From the NCBI GenBank assembly GCA_965203295.1, contig CBDBCZ010000019.1, forward strand, positions 1,696,001 to 1,760,000: a stretch of DNA of 64,000 bases, read 5' to 3'. The DNA is from Nitrospirales bacterium (GTDB taxonomy: Bacteria; Nitrospirota; Nitrospiria; Nitrospirales; UBA8639). A program made the translations under genes and the position numbers. The notes under the pieces are model-generated. The model was not told the origin of the DNA. It did no database searches and saw only the letters and a program-made list of their open reading frames with translations. Below are positions 21,327 through 30,381 of this stretch, in pieces (position 1 is the stretch's first letter; each line of letters opens with the position of its first letter).

Positions 21327-22403
21327 ATGAAAGAACAAATTGATAATCGTAATATCATTGAGATTGGCCCCCTCGTTTCACCACGGGAAATGAAGAATAG
21401 AGTCCCAATTTCCGTATCAGCGGAAACAGTGGTTCGACAAACACGTCAAGAACTACGCGACATCTTACATGGTCGCGACCGACACCGTCTTCTTGTGATT
21501 GTTGGTCCCTGCTCCATTCACGACCCACAAGCCGCTTACGATTTTGCTGAAAGTTTGAAACGTGTTGCTGATGCCACAAGAGATCACTTACTTATTCTCA
21601 TGCGAACCTATTTTGAAAAGCCTCGAACCACCGTTGGATGGAAGGGACTTATCAATGATCCTCACTTGGACGGATCATGCGATATTGCGGCTGGCTACGA
21701 ACTCGCCCGACAAATCCTTCTTAAAATTAATGATCTCGGTGTTCCGTGTGCGACCGAGCTTCTTGACCCTGTCACCCCACAGTACATCTCCGATCTCATT
21801 AGTTGGACAGCAATTGGGGCTCGAACCACTGAGAGCCAAACCCACAGAGAAATGGCCAGTGGTCTTTCCATGCCAGTTGGTTTTAAAAACGGAACCGATG
21901 GAAGTTGCCAGGTCGCCTTGAACGCTATCGTCGCGGCGCGGCATCCACAGAGTTTTATTGGAATTAATGTTGACGGCATCACGTCTATCATCAAAACCAA
22001 TGGCAACCCTGATCGGCATATTGTCCTACGTGGAGGGGGAGGGAAATCCAACTACGGGCCAGACGACATTGCCCGTGCATTTGCTGGGATGACCAATGAA
22101 GAAATCCGTCGACCTATTATGGTGGATTGCTCTCATGGCAATTCCGAAAAAGACCATACACGACAAAGCGGTGTTGCACGGTCTGTTCTACAACAACTCC
22201 AGGACGGACAGGAGGCCATCATGGGTCTTCTGATGGAAAGCAATCTCAAGCCTGGGAAGCAAGTCTGGCAAAAAGGGAAAGATTTGGAATACGGAGTGTC
22301 CATTACTGATGCATGTATCGGATGGGATGACACAGAAACTTTGCTATTCGAATTAGCAGAAAAACTCGAAAAAACTTCGCGAGAAAAAACCGTTTCACGC
22401 TAA
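21327..22403 (+). CDS. aroF: DAHP synthase class I-alpha (AroF/G/H type)
   Basis: VGPCSIHD, YFEKPRTTVGWKG, IGARTTESQTHR, DCSHGNS, YGVSITDACI. Confidence 0.95.
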   Translation: MKEQIDNRNIIEIGPLVSPREMKNRVPISVSAETVVRQTRQELRDILHGRDRHRLLVIVGPCSIHDPQAAYDFAESLKRVADATRDHLLILMRTYFEKPRTTVGWKGLINDPHLDGSCDIAAGYELARQILLKINDLGVPCATELLDPVTPQYISDLISWTAIGARTTESQTHREMASGLSMPVGFKNGTDGSCQVALNAIVAARHPQSFIGINVDGITSIIKTNGNPDRHIVLRGGGGKSNYGPDDIARAFAGMTNEEIRRPIMVDCSHGNSEKDHTRQSGVARSVLQQLQDGQEAIMGLLMESNLKPGKQVWQKGKDLEYGVSITDACIGWDDTETLLFELAEKLEKTSREKTVSR

Positions 22404-22415
22404 CGGGAGGAATGC

Positions 22416-22763
22416 ATGGAAAATCACCAAATCCATACTGACCATACGCATTCACACGGACCAGACTGTGGGCACATCCAACTTCAGCATGATGGGCACA
22501 CAGATTTTCTTCATGATGATCACCTCCATCATCCTCATGACGGTCATATGGATGAACATGTCTTATCTGTATCTGAAAAGAACCCCTCGACTTGTACTCC
22601 AACCCATTCCTGTTCCGGGCATGAGTCCGGACACATCCATGGTCCCAGTTGTGGGCATGAAGCCGTCCCCCACGGAAATCATACGGATTTCTTAGTAGAT
22701 GGGCATCTACACTTTCCTCACCATGCCCACTGCGATGACCACGGAACTGTGGCTCTTTCGTAA
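22416..22763 (+). CDS. His-rich putative metal-binding protein with two internal repeats
   Basis: About 28 His and 5 Cys in 115 aa; two HxHGPxCGH...HxxHTDFLxDxHLHxPH units; GGAGG RBS. Confidence 0.85.
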   Translation: MENHQIHTDHTHSHGPDCGHIQLQHDGHTDFLHDDHLHHPHDGHMDEHVLSVSEKNPSTCTPTHSCSGHESGHIHGPSCGHEAVPHGNHTDFLVDGHLHFPHHAHCDDHGTVALS

Positions 22764-22915
22764 AAAAGCCTATCTCGTATAAGTTTCTCTACTCTCTTCC
22801 TACCACACCTTAAAGTGGAAAAGGTACAAACTTGCTTTACCTAAAATAACACCAAGGGAAAAATTAAACTTGTTAGGGATCGAACGGAAGGATTTTCGAA
22901 CAACAACTGAAAAGG

Positions 22916-23398
22916 TTATGGCTTAGGAGAAACTTCAGCCATTTCCTGAAACCCAGGCTGGGAACTCGGCAGAGGGTCTTCGTGAGTATGACAACCCAGG
23001 CAATGACAGAGCCGGCGATTCCAAAACCCTGCCCAGGCAATGAGGGACGCTCCAACCACATCAAAGGTGATTTCCCCTAGACTCTCAGGAAAGAACCATA
23101 GGTGGGCTAAGGTCATCAGAAAAAGCCCTGTGGCAGTCAAATACGCCGGTCTGGAATCTCGATGAAGAGGATACGTCGCTAAAAGACCGAATCCAGCTAA
23201 GAGACCGATCACACCAAGAAATATCCATTCAGTGGTTGATGCTAAAAATGCCCCTAACACCATATCCAGTCTTCCCCAAGAATTCGCCGCAATGATCGGA
23301 AGAGCAAGAAGAGCAAAAGGGGTTAAGGCACAATGAACCGCACACACCAAAGATGTGATGGAACCTGCTTTGGAAAGTTTTATTCCGAGCGTACTCAT
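22916..23398 (-). CDS. MerC-domain membrane protein
   Basis: SLVCAVHCALTP motif, 4 TM, CHCLGCHTH tail. Confidence 0.8.
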   Translation of the reverse strand: MSTLGIKLSKAGSITSLVCAVHCALTPFALLALPIIAANSWGRLDMVLGAFLASTTEWIFLGVIGLLAGFGLLATYPLHRDSRPAYLTATGLFLMTLAHLWFFPESLGEITFDVVGASLIAWAGFWNRRLCHCLGCHTHEDPLPSSQPGFQEMAEVSPKP

Positions 23399-23402
23399 TC
23401 GA

Positions 23403-23828
23403 TCATTGACATTTAGGACAGAAGCCACTGAACTCAAGGGTGTGGTCAGCTATCGTAAATCGTGTCTCTTTTTCAATTAACGCCTTCAACTTCTTGATGG
23501 GACAGAGGAGAAGGTCCACAATTTTTCCACAACTCTGACATCGGATATGATGATGGTGTGCCCGACCCTGCCGTATTTCATATCGAAATTGCCCTTCTTG
23601 ATGAAGTTCTAACTGAGAAACAAGAGCAAGATCTCTCAACACATTCAAGGTCCGATAGACCGTCACAAGGTCAATGGAAACTTGATCTTTCTTAAGACGC
23701 CCATACAAATCCGAGGCACTCAAGGGCAGTTTAGAGCGTTCCAAAAAGCCCAGGACCGCACGACGAGTTCTCGTAAGCCGACGTCCAGCCGCATGCAACT
23801 TGTCATCAATTCGCCCTTTCACCGACAA
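23403..23828 (-). CDS. zur: Fur-family regulator, probably Zur
   Basis: LVTVYRTL, HHHHIRCQSC, CPKC; Zn-related neighbours. Confidence 0.8.
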   Translation of the reverse strand: MSVKGRIDDKLHAAGRRLTRTRRAVLGFLERSKLPLSASDLYGRLKKDQVSIDLVTVYRTLNVLRDLALVSQLELHQEGQFRYEIRQGRAHHHHIRCQSCGKIVDLLLCPIKKLKALIEKETRFTIADHTLEFSGFCPKCQ

Positions 23829-23890
23829 GCTCCCTGAAAACTAGAAAAATGGGTCAAAGAAGAAACTTATCCTACAGGATCGAAAATGTT

Positions 23891-23909
23891 ATTGCAACTC
23901 TATTGCAAT
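23891..23909. promoter_or_regulatory. Putative Zur box (autoregulatory)
   Basis: ATTGCAA-CTCTA-TTGCAAT palindrome upstream of the Fur-family gene. Confidence 0.65.
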
Positions 23910-24043
23910 TAATCACACCATGATTCGATGAATCAATAGGCATACGTTTTGCCAGCACATGACTTTGAGATAGGGGTAAATGGGGAGGAAATTTAAAGGA
24001 AGACCTCTAGCAGGCTGTTGAAAAACTCAAAGTCCTGGTGTTT

Positions 24044-24071
24044 TGCGTCTTTTTACCTGACCTCCCGTCTA
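24044..24071 (+). promoter_or_regulatory. ECF-type promoter candidate (possibly SigZ)
   Basis: TGCGTC-N16-CGTCTA about 50 bp upstream of the ArsI/CadI gene. Confidence 0.45.
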
Positions 24072-24119
24072 TAGAGAGAAAAGGTTTTTATAAGGGACTC
24101 TTAACGAGGGAAGGCGATC

Positions 24120-24625
24120 ATGAAAAGAGAATCTGCAGTAGAATTTGCCGGTGCCAGCCGTGTGCACATTGGTCTTGGCGTGCAGGACCTTGAGGAGTCG
24201 ATAGAGTTTTACCGTATCTTGTTGGATCAAAAACCAGCAAAGGTTCGAAAAGGATATGCCAAATTTGAAGTGGCCGAGCCATCACTAAATCTGACACTAA
24301 ACCAGGTCAAGCCACCGTTTAACATGCAAAGACACCAAGAGTTTCACTATGGCATTCAAGTTAAGTCAACAGAAGAGGTTTACTTCACGATCAATCGCTT
24401 TTCGACAGCTTGGCTAGAAATGCTACTTGAAGAGGGCGTAACCTGTGTTACGCAGTACAGGAAAAAGTCTGGGTGACTGACCCAGATGGATATAAATGGG
24501 AAGTATTTGTGGTGCTTGAATCAGACAGCGAAGAAAGTCCTAGCACAAAACAGACGGAGTGTTGTACAAATGTTCACGAGAAACACAGTTGCTCTGATCC
24601 CAGACCAGAAACATGTTGCGTATAG
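24120..24625 (+). pseudogene. ArsI/CadI-family VOC metalloenzyme, frameshifted
   Basis: RVHIGL, GYAKFE, HYGIQV; one base missing near 24447 in TCCYA; shifted frame continues YAVQEKVWVTDPDGYKWE...CC...TCCV*. Confidence 0.88.
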
Positions 24626-24638
24626 GGTCTGGTGAAGG

Positions 24639-24698
24639 GAGTTTCGAGTTTAAAATTTAAAGATTTGAGTTCATCGTTCACAGTTCCGCTTCGCCAGG
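24639..24698 (-). repeat. Dispersed repeat, partial copy 2
   Basis: Reverse complement CCTGGCGAAGCGGAACTGTGAAC plus heptamer tail matches 9960-10024. Confidence 0.6.
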
Positions 24699-24860
24699 AT
24701 GAAACCCTGCTCAAATAAAAAAGATTTAACCAAACACACTGGATGCCGGCCTCCAACTTCGGGCATGACTACTTAATTTTCTTGTGCATCGCACGAATGC
24801 CAATTTCCTCTGACAGTATTCATCAATTAAATTCAAGTTTTTACATATAGGTAACTGAAA

Positions 24861-25448
24861 ATGGGCAAGGCCAACGTATCGACTGAAAAAATCTGGGAGC
24901 TTCTCAGTTCCAAACTAAGACAGTTTTTTCGACGTCACGTAAATGAGGAGTCACTGGCCGAAGATTTATTACAGGAAACGTTTATCCGAATTCACAACGG
25001 CATTCACTCTCTAAAGGATGAGGAACGAGCATCATCTTGGGTATTTCAAATAGCCAGAAATACACTGGCCGATCATTTTCGTCAGAAGAAACCTGAAGTC
25101 GAATTTCAGGAAAAAATCGAAATCCCACTGGAAGAGGAAAGTGGAGGAAATTTGAATCATGAAGTTGCGGAGTGGCTTCCAGAAATACTGAAAACTTTGC
25201 CCAAAACATACCGAGAGGCCGTGGAACTCTTTGAGCTACACAAGATCCCACAACAAGAAATCGCCCACCGTCTTGGCTTGTCTCTATCAGGTGCAAAATC
25301 ACGCGTGCAGCGTGGTCGCGAAAAGCTCAAAGACCTTATCCTCCAATGCTGTCACTTAGATTTTGATAGGAGAGGAAATGTTATTGGATACAGGCGGCTG
25401 CCTGACCATTGCGATTGTTGTGTTGATGGTTGCCAGTCTGAACCTTAA
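24861..25448 (+). CDS. sigZ: ECF sigma factor, SigZ family
   Basis: EDLLQETF, WVFQIARN, SLSGAKSRVQRGREKLK, CC..DRRGN and Cys-rich tail. Confidence 0.88.
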   Translation: MGKANVSTEKIWELLSSKLRQFFRRHVNEESLAEDLLQETFIRIHNGIHSLKDEERASSWVFQIARNTLADHFRQKKPEVEFQEKIEIPLEEESGGNLNHEVAEWLPEILKTLPKTYREAVELFELHKIPQQEIAHRLGLSLSGAKSRVQRGREKLKDLILQCCHLDFDRRGNVIGYRRLPDHCDCCVDGCQSEP

Positions 25449-25554
25449 CAGTTTCCCGGCTGTAGCAAGTGAAATGGCGTGGACTTTCGGTTACTCCGGC
25501 ATAGGCCGAGTATCGAGCACAGCTAAGTGTCCCAGAATTTTTCCATCGAGGTCC

Positions 25555-25640
25555 TGACGTGCCCCCGGTGATTGTTCCATCGTGAACGCAGCTTATGCGC
25601 ATTTTGCGATACTCGCTTCTGGGGCTGGTGGTTTATAAAC
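25555..25640 (-). mobile_element. IS3 right-end remnant A
   Basis: TGACGTGCCCCCGGTGATT terminus; encodes transposase tail YKPPAPEASIAKCA*. Confidence 0.85.
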
Positions 25641-25975
25641 CATCGAGCTTTGCGGACTGGCTCGTGCCGCATGCTCGTGCAGGTTCCTTGCTCCCCCCTC
25701 GGGACCCGTTTGTCTTGGTGATCCCCGAGGCGGCTCGCGGGATCGGGCCAGGGTAGCGCGCCAGGACCTCCTTGCTGATCGCAAGGGTGTTCGGTTCGAG
25801 TCCATCTGCAGAGACCTGAGGCTCATCTGTCCAATTGACGAACGCCGACCAAGGCGTAAAGGTCAGAGACCAGCGTTTCGCGAGGGCTTTCATGCAGGAT
25901 GGTCTTTACCCGAGGCGAGGAGAGGCAGCCCGATGCGGAGAGAAGGAGTGCGACGAGAATGACACGAGAAACCAT
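25633..25975 (-). pseudogene. Internally deleted lipoprotein, paralogue of 29357-30169
   Basis: GCLSSPRVKTILHESP joined out of frame to KRWSLTFTP...NTLAI; both parts align by eye to the intact gene. Confidence 0.7.
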
Positions 25976-26009
25976 GTTGTCTCGACAGCGACGCACGAAG
26001 GCCTTAGTG

Positions 26010-26444
26010 CTAGAGTCCGATATCGGTCCAGGTAACGCGGCAGTCGAGACCCAGGGACTTCTGCCGTTCTCCAAATGCATCCATGAACAATATCACCTCC
26101 GGATAACTGAGTGGATCCATTCTTTGCTCCCACAGGATGTGAAGCTCACTGCCCTGGGCACCGACGGCATGCATCCGCGGACGTATCTGGATCCAAATGG
26201 GTAATCCAAAGCTTCGCCGGTTGCGAACGACCGCTTTGATTGTGCGCTGCTGATCTACGACGCGAACGGATCTCCAGTCAAGCATCTCATGGACCGTCTC
26301 GGTTGCGGCGTCGAACACTGCGTCGGGCGGTGCCTGACATCGCAGGCCGATATCCATGGCAAAGGCGCTCGCCGGGAAAACGGAGGCCGTGACGGAGCCA
26401 ACCGCCACCATGAGCGCTATTGCGAAAGGTCGAGAGGAGGTCAT
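26010..26444 (-). CDS. Exported hypothetical protein, GC-rich cargo
   Basis: Signal peptide ending AFA; two Cys; GC visibly above background. Confidence 0.65.
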   Translation of the reverse strand: MTSSRPFAIALMVAVGSVTASVFPASAFAMDIGLRCQAPPDAVFDAATETVHEMLDWRSVRVVDQQRTIKAVVRNRRSFGLPIWIQIRPRMHAVGAQGSELHILWEQRMDPLSYPEVILFMDAFGERQKSLGLDCRVTWTDIGL

Positions 26445-26525
26445 CTATTCAGGATTCGCATGTGGGCTTCCGAGGTCACCGCACCACGCCATAGCACCCG
26501 ATTGGGATCGGGCCGCATGAACAAC

Positions 26526-26615
26526 TGACCTGCCCCCAGTGATTGATCCATCGTGCATGTAGTTAGGCGCATTGCTCGAACGAAGCACCCTGGTTCTGGC
26601 TCCTTTAGTCCTAAA
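26526..26615 (-). mobile_element. IS3 right-end remnant B (diverged)
   Basis: TGACCTGCCCCCAGTGATTGATCCATCGTG. Confidence 0.75.
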
Positions 26616-26704
26616 TTATACCAATACCCTACTACCTCCTCAATATTCATACGAGCGGTCCGGCAAAAGCTGCGTCTCAGACAAATTTGTGAATCGAAAG
26701 CCGA

Positions 26705-26723
26705 TGACCAACCCCCAGTGATT
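26705..26723 (-). mobile_element. IS3 right-end remnant C (terminal 19 bp only)
   Basis: TGACCAACCCCCAGTGATT. Confidence 0.55.
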
Positions 26724-26990
26724 AAGGCACTGCTCTGTCTTCTTCAAACCTACCCCACACCTTGATCCTATTCCCCTCAACCCTGTATCCCTCTCTCCAT
26801 GACCAAGACCTAAAGTTTCGGGAATCGTTGCGCAAGGATGGCTCCCTAAAGTCTCCAACCAAGTTCCAGCAATAACCGCAGTCCCAACACCACAGCATCT
26901 CCCCTCCAAGCTCTCTCGTTTTTTCACTGTGACAGTTCCAGCAATTCCCCTCTCCAATCCCTTACCTCTTTTGATTTCAGCAGCGACAGC

Positions 26991-28209
26991 TAACATACCC
27001 CCAGTGATTGTTCCATCGTGAATGCAGCTTATGCGCATTTTGAGATAATCGCCTCTGGGGCTGGCGGTTTGTATCCTAAGGCGCTATGAGGACGCTCCTG
27101 ATTATAGTGTTGGCGCCACCCTTCCACGAGCACTTAGGTTTCTCGTAGGGCATAGAAGATTTCTCCGTTCAATAGTTCATCTCGTAGCTTCCCATTAAAA
27201 CTCTCATTGTAGCCATTCTCCCAGGGACTGCCTGGTTCGATAAACAGGGTCCCACCCTCAGTTGCTTGAGCCATTGCCCAACGGCTTTCGCCGTAAACTC
27301 CGGCCCATGATCCGACCGAATATAGTCCGGTCGTCCGTGTTGCAGAAACAACTCCGCCAGACAATGCAGCACATCATCGGCCCGGAGCCTACGAGCCACC
27401 TCAATAGCCAGGCATTCCCGGGTGTATTCATCGATAATGGTGAGCAAGCGTAACGGCCGGCCCTCATGCGTCCGAGTGGCGACGAAATCATACGCCCAGA
27501 CATGATTGCGATGTTGAGGCCGAAGCCGCACACAGGAGTCAGCGTTCATCCACAGACGACCCCGTTTGGGTTGCCTCTGCGGTACCTTCAGGCCCTCCTG
27601 CCGCCAAATTCGCTCGACTCGTTTATGATTCACTTGCCAGCCATCTGCCTGCAACAAGGCCGTGATGCGCCGATAGCCATAGCATCCATACTTTCTGGCC
27701 AGCCGTACAATCGTCCTGGTTAATGCTTCTTCGTCCCCTCGGACGTGAGACTTGTACCGCTGGGTTGATCAGGATTGCCTCAACACCTGACACGTGCGCC
27801 GTTCCGCCACGCCCAAGCGTTGGCCGATTGTGAGGACCGCACGCCGTCATCGGATGGGGCTTAAAAGTTTCCCTCCGCGGCTTCCTTCAAAATCAATTTA
27901 TCCAGGGTCAGATCGGCGACGGCTTGCTTCAACCTGGCGTTTTCGCGCGCCAAATCTTTGAGCCGTTTCGCCTGATCGAGCTTGAGACCGCCATATTCCC
28001 GGCGCCAGCGATAGTAGGTGTGGTCCGTGATGTTCCATTTCCGGCAAATCTCTTGGACCGTCTGTCTTTGCCCCAACAGGACTTCCGCTTCGCGGAGTTT
28101 GTGAATGATTTGTTCAACCGAGTATTTCACACGTGGCATAGTGCCCTCCTCTAAAAATTGGCTAAGCCTGTAACATAGACTTAGGAGTGGTTTATAAAGG
28201 GGCACGTCA
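26991..28209 (-). mobile_element. IS3-family insertion sequence, inactivated
   Basis: Left end TGACGTGCCCC at 28209; orfA 28139-27861; GGGAAAC slippery site 27873-27867; orfB with WAYDF, IRSDHGPEF, PGSPWENGYNESFNGKLRDE; two TGA, one TAA and a frameshift in orfB; degenerate right end at 26991. Confidence 0.93.
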
Positions 28210-28329
28210 GGGATCAGAAGTAGCCCTAGAGGTAGCCTACAATAAGTTTAACCCAAAACGCACGAGATGCTGTATAAATCTTAAACATGGATTGATATGG
28301 GGAATAACGTTCCACAAGGCAACCACTGA

Positions 28330-29214
28330 TCAAGGGAAAGAGGCATCCAGATCAGATTGGGAAGAAGCTTGAAGATCAGATCCAATGGGCGCAACTGAAT
28401 TGATAAATTGCTTAATCCATTCCCAATAAGAATCTCCAGCCATTTCAACGAGATCGTTATGTCCAGCACCAGGAGCCGCACGAAATGTCTTAGGAGAAGG
28501 ACAGACCTCAAAGAGTTTGCGACTAAGTTCAATGGGTACGATATCGTCGGCATCCCCATGAATGAACAAGATCGGTGCGATGACATGACGAATCTTGTCG
28601 ATGGAATTAAACGGGTTTCCAGCCAACCACGCTAACCACGAAAGTGACACATGACTGGCCATATCTTTCCCAGAAGAAAAAGGAGTGACTAATATGATGC
28701 CGGCAAATGGCTGATTCTGAGCATTCTCTACTGCCACCGCCGCTCCGATGGATCGTCCGAAAACAATTGTCCGGTCTTTAGGAAATCCGAGCGAAGATTC
28801 CACATAATCCAAAGCCGCCAGAGCATCCAGATACACTCCTTGTTCGCTGGGGGATCCCCCACTTTTTCCATATCCTCGGTAGCTCAAAAGAAACACATTG
28901 GATCCCAGGCTAGCCATCCGTTTGGCATCCCATAACCGATAAGAAGCATTGCCGGCATTGCCATGGAGAAATAGGACGACCCGATCAGTCCCAGGACGTG
29001 GAAGATAAAACGCATGAAGTCTCACCCCATCCGCGGACTCTAAGTGAATTTCTTTGATTGAGGGGTCGACAGATCGGAAATCAACCTGGCTTCCAGGCAA
29101 AGGATGAAAGGCAAAAAAGTTCACCAAACTGTCAGAACATCCAGTTAACACAATCGAAACCAAACCTATAAGGCAAAGAAATCCTGAGTTGCCGTTTAGT
29201 ACAGAAAATCTCAA
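28330..29214 (-). CDS. Alpha/beta hydrolase lipoprotein (ABHD13/Bem46-like)
   Basis: LTGC lipobox, HGNAGN, YRGYG, GRSIG nucleophile, HGDADDIVP, GHND. Confidence 0.9.
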   Translation of the reverse strand: MRFSVLNGNSGFLCLIGLVSIVLTGCSDSLVNFFAFHPLPGSQVDFRSVDPSIKEIHLESADGVRLHAFYLPRPGTDRVVLFLHGNAGNASYRLWDAKRMASLGSNVFLLSYRGYGKSGGSPSEQGVYLDALAALDYVESSLGFPKDRTIVFGRSIGAAVAVENAQNQPFAGIILVTPFSSGKDMASHVSLSWLAWLAGNPFNSIDKIRHVIAPILFIHGDADDIVPIELSRKLFEVCPSPKTFRAAPGAGHNDLVEMAGDSYWEWIKQFINSVAPIGSDLQASSQSDLDASFP

Positions 29215-29311
29215 AGCTATTTGCGAGTTTTACAAAACATTCATCAGGGGTATCAATAACCGAACCGATACTGACTCTTGCATCGGTAGTTGACAGCAAT
29301 TACACGAATAA

Positions 29312-29326
29312 TGCAACTTATTTGCA
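29312..29326. promoter_or_regulatory. Putative Zur box
   Basis: TGCAA-CTTAT-TTGCA, overlapping the expected -10 position downstream of TTGACA 29290-29295. Confidence 0.5.
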
Positions 29327-29356
29327 ATTTCGCATATCAAAAGAAGGAAAAGAGTT

Positions 29357-30169
29357 TTGTCGAGTTTTCAGAATCTCTTCAATATAAGACAATTTCTAAC
29401 ATTGGCTGTCGGCACATGGTTTTTCGTGCTACCGGGCTGTCTTGCTGCCCCTCAAGTCGGCATGATTCATGAGAGTCCCCAAGGAACAATTTCCCTGAAA
29501 ACCTTTCCTGATTCTTCCATTCAAGCCAACCACCCCAAAAGGTTGGATTCCTCGCTATTGGGCCGAATCCTACGTGGGATGTATCTTCAAGAAAAGAGGA
29601 AAGGATTAGCCTCTATACTTCCAGGAAATGCCGAGTCTATTCCGGTCTTCACCGAACAAGAAATACAATTCTTGGCACCTTGGCTCAGTTCAGCGCTTGC
29701 TCAGGCTACAGCCCAAGAACGAGTAGTTTTTACTCTTTTTCATCAGGCAACAGAAGAAAAAACACAGACCGATGGATCCCTCTATATTTCAGATCCTGTC
29801 ATCTATGTGACCTTGGATTCCTACCACTTCAAGGAATCAAAACCCTCCCTGCCATCAAACCCTTCCCCTTCATTTCGCCGCCCCAAACGCTGGAAAATGT
29901 TGTTTGTACCGGAAGAGGTCTTCATAAACAATTCTGAAGACGGAACAGAACATGCCGATGGTTCTGGGGTTGGAACTTTGGAGATTGCCTATGAACAATT
30001 AAACCGACTCTCCTCCTCGCCCGGAGGTGAAGACACAGCCGGAGTCAATGATCAGGAGAAAAAAAAAGAGGTGCAACGTTTGAAAGAAGAAGTCCAACAA
30101 TTACGGAAATCGTTGCATGAGCAGGATACAAAGCTGAAAAACTTGGAAGAAAGCATAAAGAAGCAATGA
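29357..30169 (+). CDS. Hypothetical lipoprotein with C-terminal coiled coil
   Basis: LPGC lipobox; heptad-rich tail. Confidence 0.75.
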   Translation: MSSFQNLFNIRQFLTLAVGTWFFVLPGCLAAPQVGMIHESPQGTISLKTFPDSSIQANHPKRLDSSLLGRILRGMYLQEKRKGLASILPGNAESIPVFTEQEIQFLAPWLSSALAQATAQERVVFTLFHQATEEKTQTDGSLYISDPVIYVTLDSYHFKESKPSLPSNPSPSFRRPKRWKMLFVPEEVFINNSEDGTEHADGSGVGTLEIAYEQLNRLSSSPGGEDTAGVNDQEKKKEVQRLKEEVQQLRKSLHEQDTKLKNLEESIKKQ

Positions 30170-30203
30170 TTGTCTCCCTATTCCATCTGCCAAAATCTCC
30201 CTA

Positions 30204-30374
30204 GTTCACAGTTCTGCGTCGCCGGGCTTCGCCCCCACACGACGAGGGTTTTGTGTTTGTCCCTTCCCTCTCCTTTGTAAGGAAGGGCGAGGGAAGTAGA
30301 GACTCTACCTCTCTTAATCTCCCCTTACAAAGGGGAGAAATTGTTCTTCCCCACGCGCAAAGCGGAACAAAAAA
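30204..30374 (-). repeat. Dispersed repeat copy 3, interior replaced by a CCCCT/AGGGG-type hairpin repeat
   Basis: Both ends match copy 1; interior TCTCCCCTTacaAAGGGGAGA and CCCTTCC...GGAAGGG stems. Confidence 0.7.
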
Positions 30375-30381
30375 GTAATTG

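Noticed and set aside
25555..27075. Repeats read as CRISPR, attC or dif/pdif sites (AATGCGCATAA resembles a XerC arm)
   Set aside because: Irregular spacing, no XerD arm or attC boxes; the repeats carry the IS3 terminal IR and encode the transposase C-terminus
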